NCBI GenBank assembly: GCA_965203055.1
Contig: OZ241863.1
Location: forward strand, 1,824,001 to 1,888,000
DNA length: 64,000 bases
Reading direction: 5' to 3'
From: Spirochaetia bacterium
GTDB lineage: Bacteria; Spirochaetota; Spirochaetia; SZUA-6; Bin103
Positions 47,783-56,880 of the stretch are shown here, piece after piece (position 1 is the first letter of the stretch; every line of letters begins with the position of its first letter). The notes below the pieces were generated by a model, which did no database searches, was not told the origin of the DNA, and saw only the letters and a program-made list of their open reading frames with translations. A program made the position numbers and the translations under genes.

Positions 47783-50263
47783 GTCGCTTAACTTAACTGG
47801 GCGTCCCCACGACGTTCGGCGGGCGGAGACCAGGGCGGCGATGGCGTAGCTGGCGGCGGCTATCAGACCCAGGGCGGTGATGCCCTGGGCGACGGCCAGC
47901 AGGGTGCTGGCGACGGCGCCTACTACCGACGCGCAGCCGTTGGCGGCCCAGGCCAGGGCGCGGGCGGCGGGGGCCGGGGCCAGCAGGCGCAGGCCGAGCG
48001 GGAACGCCATGCCGAGGGCCGCTCCGAGCGGGGCCAGCGCCGCGACGATGGCCGCCACGCGCGCCACTCGCGGCAGCCCGAGCAACGCCGGCAGGAGCGC
48101 TGCGCCGGCGACTGCGTAGGCCAGGACCACGCCGGCGGCGACAGCCGTCGCCAACCAGGCGCGGGGCGGCGCTACCCGCTCCGACAGCAGGCCGCCGGCC
48201 GCGGACCATACCAGCAGCGCTCCGAGCACCACCTTGAAGCTGACCACCGGGTCGCCCAGCGCTACGGTGAGGCGCTGGATCAGCATCAGTTCCAGCAGGA
48301 TGAAGCCCAGCCCCACCGCCAGGTTGTAGGCCACCACGGCCCCGGTCGAACTCGCGGCCGCGGCGGGGCGGCGGGCTGCGGCACCCGCGCGGCGCATCCG
48401 GCCGGCGCGCAGCCACGGGACGGCGAGCAGGACCAGGGCCAACAGCAGCGCCTCGGCGAGCACCGCCAGGGCTACCACGTCGCCGGACAGCAGCAGCCCG
48501 TACAGCCGGCCGCCGGTGGCGCGCTGGTAGTCGGCCAAGTGCGCCCAGCGCACGAAGCGGTTGAAGAACGGGCGGTCGTCGGTCGGCGGCCGCAGGTCTA
48601 CCAGCCCGTCCGCGGGCCGGCCGCCGCTCGCGCCGGCGTTTGTCGGCCTCGCCGCCGCGCGCGCACGGTCCAGCACCGCGGCCACCGCCTGGGCGTGGAA
48701 CGGTTCGGCCAGCCGGTTGAAGCGGTTGGTCTCCGCCGCGCGCAGCCCCGGCAGAGCGACCAGATCGAAGCCGCGGCCCGCCGCGAAGGCGCGGATCGCC
48801 GCGATCCGCGGCGCCGGCAGTGGTTGCGGAGTGACCAGCAGGGTGAAGGAATCCCAGTTGCGGACCATCGCGACGTGCGCCGCGGGCGCTTGTTGCGCGG
48901 CGGCCGGCAGCGCCCGCACCGCCAGCGCCGCCAGGCGCGGGGCATTGGCCGGCGGCAGCAGCAGGCGGCGTGAGATCGACAGCACGCCGTCCGGTTCCAG
49001 CAGCGCCAGATAGTCGCGGAACGCCTCTACCGTCAACAACGGCTCCTGGGCGTGGCTCTCGGTGCCCGCCAGCGAGGCGCCCCAGTCCTCGATCAGGACG
49101 GCGTCGAAACGCGCGCCGGCGCGCGCCAGCCGCCGGGCCAGGGCGCGCGGCTCATCCTCCACCACCTGCAGACCGGCGCCCTCGGCCACCGGCAACGCGC
49201 GCAGGCGCCGGGCCACCTCCGCGCTCGGCTCGGCCACCTGCACCTCGCCGCCGGCGCGCAAGGCCGCCGCCAGCAGTACGCCGCCGCCCTCCTGCAGCAC
49301 CAGCGCCGAACGCGGCGCCCTGCCGAGCTGCAGGGCGAGCGCCGGGTGCAGCGCATCCAGCCACTCCCCGGCGGCTCCGGCGCCCCCACCGCCCTCCACC
49401 AGGAACAGGGCCGCGTCGCCGTCGCGCACCAGCGCTCGCTGCGGCGGCACCGGCACGCCCGCGCCGAGGCTCAGGCCCGGCGCAAACCGGATCGTCGGCC
49501 CCGTCACTTCGTCGATGCGCCCGCGCACGGTGTCGCGGCGCGCGGCCAGCTTGGTATCGGGGAACCGCAGCAGGTGGGAGAGATACTTGTAGGGACCGGG
49601 GCGCGGCTCCAGCGCCGGCAGCCCCAGTACCACGCCGCCCCCCAACCCCACCGCCACCAGCGCGGCGGCGGGAGCCAGCCACGGCCGCGCCGGCCGGCCA
49701 AGCGATGCCAACAGCGGGACCAGCACCAGCGCCGCCGGCACCAGCAGGGCCGCGCGCAGGCCGGCCGCCGGCAGCAGCAAGACCGGCAGCAGCACGCCCG
49801 CCGCGGAACCCGACATGGCCGCGGCGTGCACCGCCCCCGGCCGCGCCGCGCCGGCAAAGGCGACCGCGGTGACCAGGCCGGCGAAGAAGAACGGCACCGC
49901 GCAGGCCAGGAAGCTGGCCGCCAGATACAGCAGTTGCAGCGGTTCGCTCGGGATTCTGAAGAAGTCCAGCGGCAGCAGGCGCAACACCAGGAACATGGCC
50001 ACCGAGCTCACCGCCATGCCGCCCGCGGCGCCCCGCATACGCCGTTCCGCGGCGCCCGCCGGCGGCGCCGTTCCCGCCCCGCCCCACCCCGGCCGGGTCG
50101 CGGCCAGGTTGAGCCACGTGCCGCTGGCCGAGAAGCCGAGCAGCGCGACGCTGATCACCATGAACGACAGATGGTGCCACTGGGTCAGCGCGAAGTAGCG
50201 CGCCAGCAGCGCCTCCAGCGCCAGCGCCGCCGCCGACGCGGTGAAGACCAGCAGGAGGGCCAT
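47759..50263 (-). CDS. Membrane protein with central SAM-dependent / spermidine-synthase-like domain
   Basis: Multi-TM N- and C-termini around FDAVLI...LLTVEAFRDYLALLEPDGVL. PPTDDRPFF and WAANGCASV motifs. Confidence 0.8.
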   Translation of the reverse strand: MALLLVFTASAAALALEALLARYFALTQWHHLSFMVISVALLGFSASGTWLNLAATRPGWGGAGTAPPAGAAERRMRGAAGGMAVSSVAMFLVLRLLPLDFFRIPSEPLQLLYLAASFLACAVPFFFAGLVTAVAFAGAARPGAVHAAAMSGSAAGVLLPVLLLPAAGLRAALLVPAALVLVPLLASLGRPARPWLAPAAALVAVGLGGGVVLGLPALEPRPGPYKYLSHLLRFPDTKLAARRDTVRGRIDEVTGPTIRFAPGLSLGAGVPVPPQRALVRDGDAALFLVEGGGGAGAAGEWLDALHPALALQLGRAPRSALVLQEGGGVLLAAALRAGGEVQVAEPSAEVARRLRALPVAEGAGLQVVEDEPRALARRLARAGARFDAVLIEDWGASLAGTESHAQEPLLTVEAFRDYLALLEPDGVLSISRRLLLPPANAPRLAALAVRALPAAAQQAPAAHVAMVRNWDSFTLLVTPQPLPAPRIAAIRAFAAGRGFDLVALPGLRAAETNRFNRLAEPFHAQAVAAVLDRARAAARPTNAGASGGRPADGLVDLRPPTDDRPFFNRFVRWAHLADYQRATGGRLYGLLLSGDVVALAVLAEALLLALVLLAVPWLRAGRMRRAGAAARRPAAAASSTGAVVAYNLAVGLGFILLELMLIQRLTVALGDPVVSFKVVLGALLVWSAAGGLLSERVAPPRAWLATAVAAGVVLAYAVAGAALLPALLGLPRVARVAAIVAALAPLGAALGMAFPLGLRLLAPAPAARALAWAANGCASVVGAVASTLLAVAQGITALGLIAAASYAIAALVSARRTSWGRPVKLSDRSTKAGV

Positions 50264-50273
50264 CCGGCCTCCC

Positions 50274-51074
50274 TCAGCCGTCCAGCGCCTGACCCGTCAT
50301 CGGCACGAACAGCACGCCCAGGATGAAGTCCACCGTGTAGTCGGACCCGCGGCTGCCGCTGCCGGTCTTGGTGACCAGCACCAGGTTCTGGTAGCTGAAC
50401 GGGTTGCCCAGCGGCAGGATCATCGTGCCGCCGGGCGCGAGCTGCTCCAGCAGCGGCGCCGGAACGTGATCCACCGCCGCGGTGATCATGACGTGATCGA
50501 ACGGCGCGTGTTGTTCCAGACCGAAGTAGCCGTCGCCGGCGAACGCGCGCACGTTGGCGTATCCCAACGCCTGCAGCCGTTCCTTCGACTGGGCGTGCAG
50601 CAGCGGGCGGATCTCGATCGTGAACACCTCCCGCACCAGCTCCGCCAGGACCGCGGCCTGATAGCCCGAGCCGGTGCCCACCTCCAGCACCCGGTCGCCG
50701 GGCCGGAGCGCAAGCGCCTGGGTCATCAGCGCCACGATATAGGGCTGGGAGATGGTCTGGCCGTCGTCGATCGGCAGCGCCGAGTCGCGGTAGGCGCTGC
50801 CCCGGATGCGCTCGGGGACGAACCGATGGCGCGGCACCCGGCCCATCACCTCCAGCACGCGCGGGTCGTCGATGTCGCGGGCGCGGAGCTGGCGTTCCAC
50901 CATCGCCGCCCGCGCGCGTTGCGCGACGCGCTCCGCGCCGGCCGGCTCCGTCCGCTCCTGCCCGTGCAGCGCCGGCGGCCCGGCCAGCAGCACGGCGCCG
51001 GCCAGCGCCAGGGCCAGCCGCGCCGCGGCCCTCCGGCGCCCGCTACGGCTCTCCCCAGACGCGTTCAACAACAT
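50274..51074 (-). CDS. pcm: Protein-L-isoaspartate O-methyltransferase with N-terminal signal-like extension
   Basis: VPRHRFV, GQTISQPYIV, VLEVGTGSGYQAA, GDG and APFD motifs. Start is uncertain (ATG 51074). Confidence 0.88.
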   Translation of the reverse strand: MLLNASGESRSGRRRAAARLALALAGAVLLAGPPALHGQERTEPAGAERVAQRARAAMVERQLRARDIDDPRVLEVMGRVPRHRFVPERIRGSAYRDSALPIDDGQTISQPYIVALMTQALALRPGDRVLEVGTGSGYQAAVLAELVREVFTIEIRPLLHAQSKERLQALGYANVRAFAGDGYFGLEQHAPFDHVMITAAVDHVPAPLLEQLAPGGTMILPLGNPFSYQNLVLVTKTGSGSRGSDYTVDFILGVLFVPMTGQALDG

Positions 51075-51321
51075 GACGCGGTCCACTATAGCCGCTCCCG
51101 CGGGCGCCCGCATCCGCCGCGCCGCCGCGGGCGCACCAGCATCGGGACAACCACGGGTGTCAGGAATCGCGCGCTGCCAGTCAGTTCTGCCGCAGCCGGA
51201 ACAGCGCATAGACGGCAAAGGCTTGAAGGTCGCCGTCAGGCGCATCGTTGAATCGCCGGATGATTCGCTCCGTTTCGTCAATGTACTGACCCAGAATAAG
51301 CGACTCGGTAGGGATCGGCCA

Positions 51322-52722
51322 GAGATATTGTCAAGTCTTGTGGATTGAGAATCAGCGAGCGCATCTCCAATCGTTCCGTCTCTCTAAGCCGCTGCCTCCG
51401 TCAGCTCGCCGTCTACGAATTCACGCCCCTCCATCACCAGGGGTATGAGTTTGAAGCCCATCAGCCGGCGCCACCTCCGCTGCGCTTCCAGCGCCAGCTT
51501 CCAGACCATCGTCAGCGTCGCCGCCCGCGACCCGCAGCCCTTCGTCCGCTTCGTCCGCAGCCGCACCGTCGCATACGTCGACTCGATCGGGTTGCTGGTC
51601 CGCAGATGGGTCCAGTGCGCCGCCGGAAACCCATAGAAGCTGAACAGCGAGCCTTCATCCTTGCGCAGGCTGGCGACCGCCTTCGGGTACTTCGCCTCCC
51701 ACGCCGTGCAGAACTGGTGGTAGGCGCTGGTGGCATGCTCCAACGACGGCGCTTGCCACATCTCGCGGATCATCGTCTTCGCCCGCCCCTGCACCGACTG
51801 CGGCATCTTGTCCAGCACGTTGCCGGCCTTGTGGAACCAGCAGGTCTGTTCCTCCGTTCCCGGATACACCTCCCGCAGCGCCGCCCAGAACCCCAACGCC
51901 CCGTCCGCCGTCGCCAGCCGCGGCCCCTTCGTCAGCCCCCGTCGCCGCAGGTCCAACAGCAGCTCACACCACGCCGTCTTGCTCTCCCGGTAGCCGTCGC
52001 TGACCGCCACCACTTCCTTGCGCCCCTGCTCGTCGGCTCCCATGATCACCAGGATGCAACTGCGCTCCTCGTCCAGCCGCACGTTCACGTGCAGGCCGTC
52101 GGCCCAGAAGTACACGTACCGCTTGCCGCTCAGATCACGCTGCGTCCACTCCCGGTACTCCGCTTCCCACACCTTCTTCAGCCGCACCACGTTGGTCGCG
52201 CTCAGCCCTGCGGCCTGCTCTCCCAGGATCGCCGCCAGCGCCTGCGAGAAGTCCCCGCTCGATACCCCCTTCAGGTACAGCGTCGGTATCAGGCTGTCCA
52301 CACTCGGCGTCCGTCTCGCGTAGCGCGGCAGGATCGCGCTGCTGAACCTCGACTCGCCCTGCTTGGCGAGCTGGCGGTCATCGACCCGCGGCTGCCGGAT
52401 CGGGATCGGACCGATCCCGGTGACCAACGAGCGCTTCGGCAGATGGCCGTTGCGGACCGCCAGCCGGTGGCCGTGCTGATCCCGCTGGTCAGCGTACCGC
52501 GCCAGGAATTCGTCCACTTCCGCCTCCAGCGCCGCAGCCAGCATCTGCCGCGCTCCGGCGCGTACGATCTCATCCAGAATGGCACCAGGACCTTGAGGAC
52601 CTTGAGCCTCGGTGGTCCTGCCGGTATTGTTCTCCACGAGCGTACTCCTCCTGATTCGTGGTTGAATCGTTCTTGGGAGGATGCGCTCTTTTCATCCCGT
52701 CCACAACTTCCGGTTATATCTC
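51322..52722 (-). mobile_element. IS256-family element, copy 2
   Basis: Near-identical to 26940-28343, in inverted orientation. 9-bp TSD GATCGGCCA at 51313-51321 and 52723-52731. Confidence 0.95.
51384..52637 (-). CDS. IS256-family transposase
   Basis: Same protein as 27025-28278 except WIH to WTH. Confidence 0.95.
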   Translation of the reverse strand: MENNTGRTTEAQGPQGPGAILDEIVRAGARQMLAAALEAEVDEFLARYADQRDQHGHRLAVRNGHLPKRSLVTGIGPIPIRQPRVDDRQLAKQGESRFSSAILPRYARRTPSVDSLIPTLYLKGVSSGDFSQALAAILGEQAAGLSATNVVRLKKVWEAEYREWTQRDLSGKRYVYFWADGLHVNVRLDEERSCILVIMGADEQGRKEVVAVSDGYRESKTAWCELLLDLRRRGLTKGPRLATADGALGFWAALREVYPGTEEQTCWFHKAGNVLDKMPQSVQGRAKTMIREMWQAPSLEHATSAYHQFCTAWEAKYPKAVASLRKDEGSLFSFYGFPAAHWTHLRTSNPIESTYATVRLRTKRTKGCGSRAATLTMVWKLALEAQRRWRRLMGFKLIPLVMEGREFVDGELTEAAA

Positions 52723-52934
52723 GATCGGCCACAGAAATGACGGAGAGTTCAAGGAATTTCGGCAGCTCTTGGGATGATGAACGGGTGGGGCACTGACGAT
52801 CGGCAAGGAACTGCAGTGCGCATGCCGCGCTATCCTGCCTCAGCAGCTCCAATTCCCGTTGCAACGCCTTGATTTGACCTCCTGGCCCACCCTCGGAACA
52901 GACTACTCCCTGCCACCTGCTCGCTGCCGGCCCA

Positions 52935-54377
52935 CTACAGCGCTGCCACTCGGGCCAGGGCCGTGCCGAACCTCTGGTAGTACTCCCCGGCCGGCAGCTT
53001 GAGCAGTACGCAACCCCGCCCGGTCTTGGCCACCACTCCCGCTTGGCACATCCACAGGTACAGAAAACGCTTGCATCTCAGCACCGCCCCATCTCCCAGG
53101 TCCAGCAGATTGAGCATCCAGGTCTTCAGGTTCCAGGCCAACGCCGCAATCATGAAGTAGGCCTGATTGGCTCCCAGGAAGCCGGTCGGCACATGGTCCA
53201 GTCCCAGCCCCTGCTTCAGGTCCTTGATCAGGTTCTCCTGATTGCCCCTCCCTTGCGCCATCCGCAGTATCTCCGTGGCGCTCCGCCGCAGCGCGTTCGT
53301 CACCACGATCCAGTAGTCATACTGGCGCAGCCCGTCGTCCAAGTACGCCTGCTGGTCGTCCCGATCGATGATCGGCGTCCGCTTGATCACATAGCGATAG
53401 CCCTGCTTCCAAGTCCTCGGACGGAACCGCATCTCGGCCACTTCCGGCTTCCCCTTGAAAGTCACCTTGCGCTTGCTCTTGCGCTGCCGCTGCAGCGTGA
53501 TCTTGCGTTTCACGTTGCCCCGCTTCTTCCGCCGGCGCCCGCTCACCGACTCCTGGATCTGGTCCTCATACCGACGCCAGGCACTTTCCGGGAGTGCCCA
53601 TACTGCCTTCATCAGATTCTGATGCTGCCTCGCCACGATGAAGAACTCTACCTGCCGCTGCTCGCAGATGCGCGTGACCCGCTCCTGATAGTAGCCGCTG
53701 TCGGCGCGCACCCGCACCTCCCGAAAGTGCCGCTGCACCCGCTCGATGGTTCCCGGCAGCACCTTGGTGATCCCGTAGCTGGTATGGCGGCAGCCTGGCT
53801 GCAATCCCAGATGCAGCACGTCCCCGGTCTCCGCCAAGGTCCCGTACAAGGCACTGTAGCTCCACCGCTTGTCATACGCGTAATCCGCGCCTTCCTTCTT
53901 CTCCCCATACACTTCGTGGATCGACGAATCCCAGTCCAGGGTCGCCACCCGGCGCCGCGCCCGCGGCAGCAACCGGAACGCGCGCTGCTGCACCTGCTCG
54001 CAGGCCTCCCGCAATTCGCTGCGCGCCAATGCCCCCTGTTGCAGGTCGCGCTGCTCCTGGTTCTCCCGCTTGCCGGCGAAGCGCGCCAGGAAGTCCCCGA
54101 CCGTCGTCGCGTGCGGCATCCGCGCGCCGCCCAACAGCCGGCGCAGCCCGGCATCGCTACGCAGCCGGTTGATGTCGTTGAGGGTGTCCCCGCCGGTGAG
54201 CAAGTTGTAGACCAGCGTCAGAACATGGTCGGACTCGGTATACCACTTGCACCGCTGCATGGCACGCACCGTGGAGTCGATCTCCGCAGCGACTCCGAGA
54301 CGCTCGACCAGTTGGTGGACGATGGCCAAGCCGGAGCAACTCAACAGCGGGGCACCCTTGCGCTCGGCGACCATCAT
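52935..54377 (-). CDS. IS1380-family transposase
   Basis: LDWDSSIHEVYGEKKEGA, VRADSGY, RGNQENLIKDLK and AWNL motifs. Confidence 0.88.
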   Translation of the reverse strand: MMVAERKGAPLLSCSGLAIVHQLVERLGVAAEIDSTVRAMQRCKWYTESDHVLTLVYNLLTGGDTLNDINRLRSDAGLRRLLGGARMPHATTVGDFLARFAGKRENQEQRDLQQGALARSELREACEQVQQRAFRLLPRARRRVATLDWDSSIHEVYGEKKEGADYAYDKRWSYSALYGTLAETGDVLHLGLQPGCRHTSYGITKVLPGTIERVQRHFREVRVRADSGYYQERVTRICEQRQVEFFIVARQHQNLMKAVWALPESAWRRYEDQIQESVSGRRRKKRGNVKRKITLQRQRKSKRKVTFKGKPEVAEMRFRPRTWKQGYRYVIKRTPIIDRDDQQAYLDDGLRQYDYWIVVTNALRRSATEILRMAQGRGNQENLIKDLKQGLGLDHVPTGFLGANQAYFMIAALAWNLKTWMLNLLDLGDGAVLRCKRFLYLWMCQAGVVAKTGRGCVLLKLPAGEYYQRFGTALARVAAL

Positions 54378-54654
54378 GCGGGGATGGGAGAAATTGGGGT
54401 TGACAAGAATCGTCAGTGATGTAGTCTGATGATTGAGCCGTGAACTGAATCAATTCGGGTCCTCCTCGGTGTTTTGACCGGGTAGGTTAGGTGCTTCCGA
54501 TTAAAGCACTTAGGAGGACCTTTTTCAACCCGCCCAATCGAATCGCTTATTTAGGGTACTGAATGACGCGAGCGCGCGTGAAAACAGTCACCGGCGCGTA
54601 GTCCGCCCGGCCAGGTGCCGGGCGATTCCAATCAGATCAGACGGTATCACTCTG

Positions 54655-55014
54655 TCACGTCTCGCGGGCTTCCTGCCATTCGCTCTTTTCGTGGAAAGCG
54701 TGGTCGGGAATATCTTCTACGCCGATTGCCCGCAGGGCCGGCCTCATCCGCCGGCCAAGGCTTACGGTCCAGTCCGGATCCAGCTTGTTCTGGTCGCCGT
54801 CAAAGACGATGTTCAGCTCCAGGTAGTCCTCGTCGTCGTGGTCAACCTTCCGCTCCACCCAAACCGGGTCAAAAACGAAGTCGTCCCCGAACCGTTCAAT
54901 GAGCAGGTTTTTGGCAATATCGGCGATTTTGGTTAATTCATCTTCTTCGGCTGCACTCGGATCGACCTCCGACACCGCCTCTTTCGGCAGCGTTCGGAAC
55001 CACGACTCCGTCAT
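54655..55014 (-). CDS. Small acidic hypothetical protein (possible nucleotidyltransferase-like antitoxin)
   Basis: 119 aa with DHDDEDYLELNIVFDGD. Coupled to the upstream gene (ATGA) and directly upstream of the HEPN-like remnant. Confidence 0.6.
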   Translation of the reverse strand: MTESWFRTLPKEAVSEVDPSAAEEDELTKIADIAKNLLIERFGDDFVFDPVWVERKVDHDDEDYLELNIVFDGDQNKLDPDWTVSLGRRMRPALRAIGVEDIPDHAFHEKSEWQEARET

Positions 55015-55751
55015 GGCGCGGTCTCCGCGCCGGATGGCGCCGGTGCCGGCGCGGAGGCCGGGTTGCCGTTCGCGGGCGGGCGCCACGGACCGGTCAACGC
55101 GCCCTCGATGCGCGCCACGCGCTCCGCGACCGAGTCCACGCGACCAGCCAGCGAGTCCAGCCGGGCGGTCAGGTCGCGGCGCATCTCTGTCAAGTCAGCG
55201 CGGGTGCCGTTGCGCACCTCCGCCAAATCGGCGCGCAGCTCGGTTACGGCGGCGGCCAGGTCGGCGCGGGCGCCGTTGCGCGCCTCCGCCAAGTCGGCGC
55301 GGGTGCCGTTGCGCACCTCCGCCAGGTCGGCGCGCAGCTCGGTTACGGCGGCGGCCAAGTCGACGCGGGCGCCGTTGCGCGCCTCCGCCAGGTCAGCGCG
55401 GGTGCCGTTGCGCACCTCCGCCAGGTCGGCGCGCAGCTCGGTTACGGCGGCGGCCAGATCGGCGCGGGCGCCGTTGCGCGCCTCCGCCAAGTCAGCACGG
55501 GTGCCGTTGCGCGCCTCCGCCAAATCGGCGCGCAGCTCGGTTACGGCGGCGGCCAGGTCGACGCGGGTGCCGTTGCGCACCTCCGCCAAGTCGGCGCGGA
55601 GGTTGGCCATGGCCGCGTCCAGGTTGGTGCGCTGCAAGGTGATCTCGCGGCGCAGGCTCTTACCCTGCAGCAGCACTACCGGCAGCAGCACGGCCAGGAT
55701 GGCAGCCACGGCGCCGACCGCGGCCAGCAGCACGGTCAGGGATTCGGTCAT
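55011..55751 (-). CDS. Membrane-anchored coiled-coil repeat protein (paralog B)
   Basis: N- and C-termini closely similar to 29116-29814. About 13 tandem 11-aa (33-bp) units. AAGGAGG ribosome-binding site. Confidence 0.78.
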   Translation of the reverse strand: MTESLTVLLAAVGAVAAILAVLLPVVLLQGKSLRREITLQRTNLDAAMANLRADLAEVRNGTRVDLAAAVTELRADLAEARNGTRADLAEARNGARADLAAAVTELRADLAEVRNGTRADLAEARNGARVDLAAAVTELRADLAEVRNGTRADLAEARNGARADLAAAVTELRADLAEVRNGTRADLTEMRRDLTARLDSLAGRVDSVAERVARIEGALTGPWRPPANGNPASAPAPAPSGAETAP

Positions 55752-56076
55752 GGGGTGGCCTCCTTGTCAGGGGTGAGTGCGTCAAGCTCCACGCGCATTT
55801 GGCGGGTCAACCGCTCCGGGGGGATAGATCGGCGCCGCCTTGGCGCCTTCGTCCGGTTGCTCATGGGGGGTACCGCTTGATCCTATGATGACGGCGCTTC
55901 CGTGGCTATTCAACGGTGACCTCAATCAATCATACGGCCTCCGACCGATTTGATCCGTCCGGCTACGGCGTTGAGTAACCGCGCCCGACGCCCTACCCTG
56001 TTGCCTTCGAGACACCGTCGAAGTCAAGCGCCGGGCCGACGCGCGGCCCCGCGCTCCGCTCGGAGGAGAGAGCTAG

Positions 56077-56880
56077 ATGAACACTGCCGCAACCGGCCCG
56101 GCGCCGCAGCCGCTGCATTGGTCGTTCAATCAGGATCACTCGCGCAACCAGCCCGGTTTCGGCGCCGACCTGCGCGCCACGTTGCGCCGCTACCATGAGC
56201 GGCCGACCCCGGCGGAGCGCCGCGTGTACCGCGTGTTGCCCAACTTCTGGAGCGGCTATCAGCCCGCGCCGGTGGCCGAGCTGGCGATCGGCAGCGTGGA
56301 AATAACCCGCGCCGCGGCCGCCTCCGGGGAGGGCGCCGCCTACCGCGTCACCGCCGGCAACACCACCAGCGGCGAGCGCGCCAGCTACGCGTTCAGCGCC
56401 GCCGCGGACCGCTGGCGCAGCCTCACCGGGGAGTGGCAGGTCGAGGTCCGCAACGACTCCGGCGACGCCTGGCGCAGGTACGCCGCGGCCGGCGCCCTGG
56501 AACCGCCCGGCGCCGACGGGGCTCGGCGGGTGCGGCTGCAGGTGAACGGCGCCGCCCTGGCGGCGGGGGCCTGGAGCGGCGAGCGGCCGCTGACCACCCC
56601 GTGGGCGCTGCTCGACGTCATCCCCGAGCTGCAGGGAAGCTGCGAGCTGGCCCTGCTGGAGGAGCTGGAGCGGCTGCGCGAGCCGGTGCGGGTGGTTCCC
56701 GTAGGAGAGTGGCGGTGGCCGCCCCCGGACGCGGATCTGGGCATCCTCACCGGCTGGTGCGCGCACGGTCCCGGCCTGCTGCCCACCTATTACTGGGTGG
56801 ACCGCGGCGGCGCCGTCGCGGTGGCGTCGGGCCTGTTCCAGACCTGGGTGGCCTGCGCGCCGCCGGAGGAGGCAGCATGA
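56077..56880 (+). CDS. Hypothetical protein
   Basis: 267-aa ORF with GGAGGAG ribosome-binding site and host-like codon use. ATGA overlap with the sulfatase gene. Confidence 0.65.
   Translation: MNTAATGPAPQPLHWSFNQDHSRNQPGFGADLRATLRRYHERPTPAERRVYRVLPNFWSGYQPAPVAELAIGSVEITRAAAASGEGAAYRVTAGNTTSGERASYAFSAAADRWRSLTGEWQVEVRNDSGDAWRRYAAAGALEPPGADGARRVRLQVNGAALAAGAWSGERPLTTPWALLDVIPELQGSCELALLEELERLREPVRVVPVGEWRWPPPDADLGILTGWCAHGPGLLPTYYWVDRGGAVAVASGLFQTWVACAPPEEAA

Larger units (their letters stand above)
51290..54556 (-). mobile_element. IS1380-family element (contains nested IS256)
   Basis: Inverted repeats CCCAGAATAAGCGACTCG / CCCTAAATAAGCGATTCG. Flanking direct repeat TACTGA at 51284-51289 and 54557-54562. 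Confidence 0.85.
51181..54650 (-). pseudogene. Remnant HEPN-like gene: internally deleted and split by IS1380/IS256
   Basis: Pieces 54557-54650 and 51181-51289 rejoin across the TSD. They give VIPSDLIGIARHLAG, a frame change, then ADYAPVTVFTRARVIQYIDETERIIRRFNDAPDGDLQAFAVYALFRLRQN*. Confidence 0.55.

Noticed and set aside
38456..47849. Many ORFs with repeated VSPEFILRPSLS / AQRRPEYKLRRH peptides
   Set aside because: These are translations of CRISPR repeats, not genes.
26940..52722. Composite transposon or inversion formed by the two IS256 copies around the CRISPR-Cas locus
   Set aside because: Each copy has its own matching 9-bp TSD (TGCTGCCCC; GATCGGCCA), so they are independent insertions with no exchange of flanks.
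55748..55864. 38-aa ORF coupled to coiled-coil paralog B (minus strand)
   Set aside because: Short, with no ribosome-binding site or recognisable motif and no counterpart upstream of paralog A, so support is insufficient.
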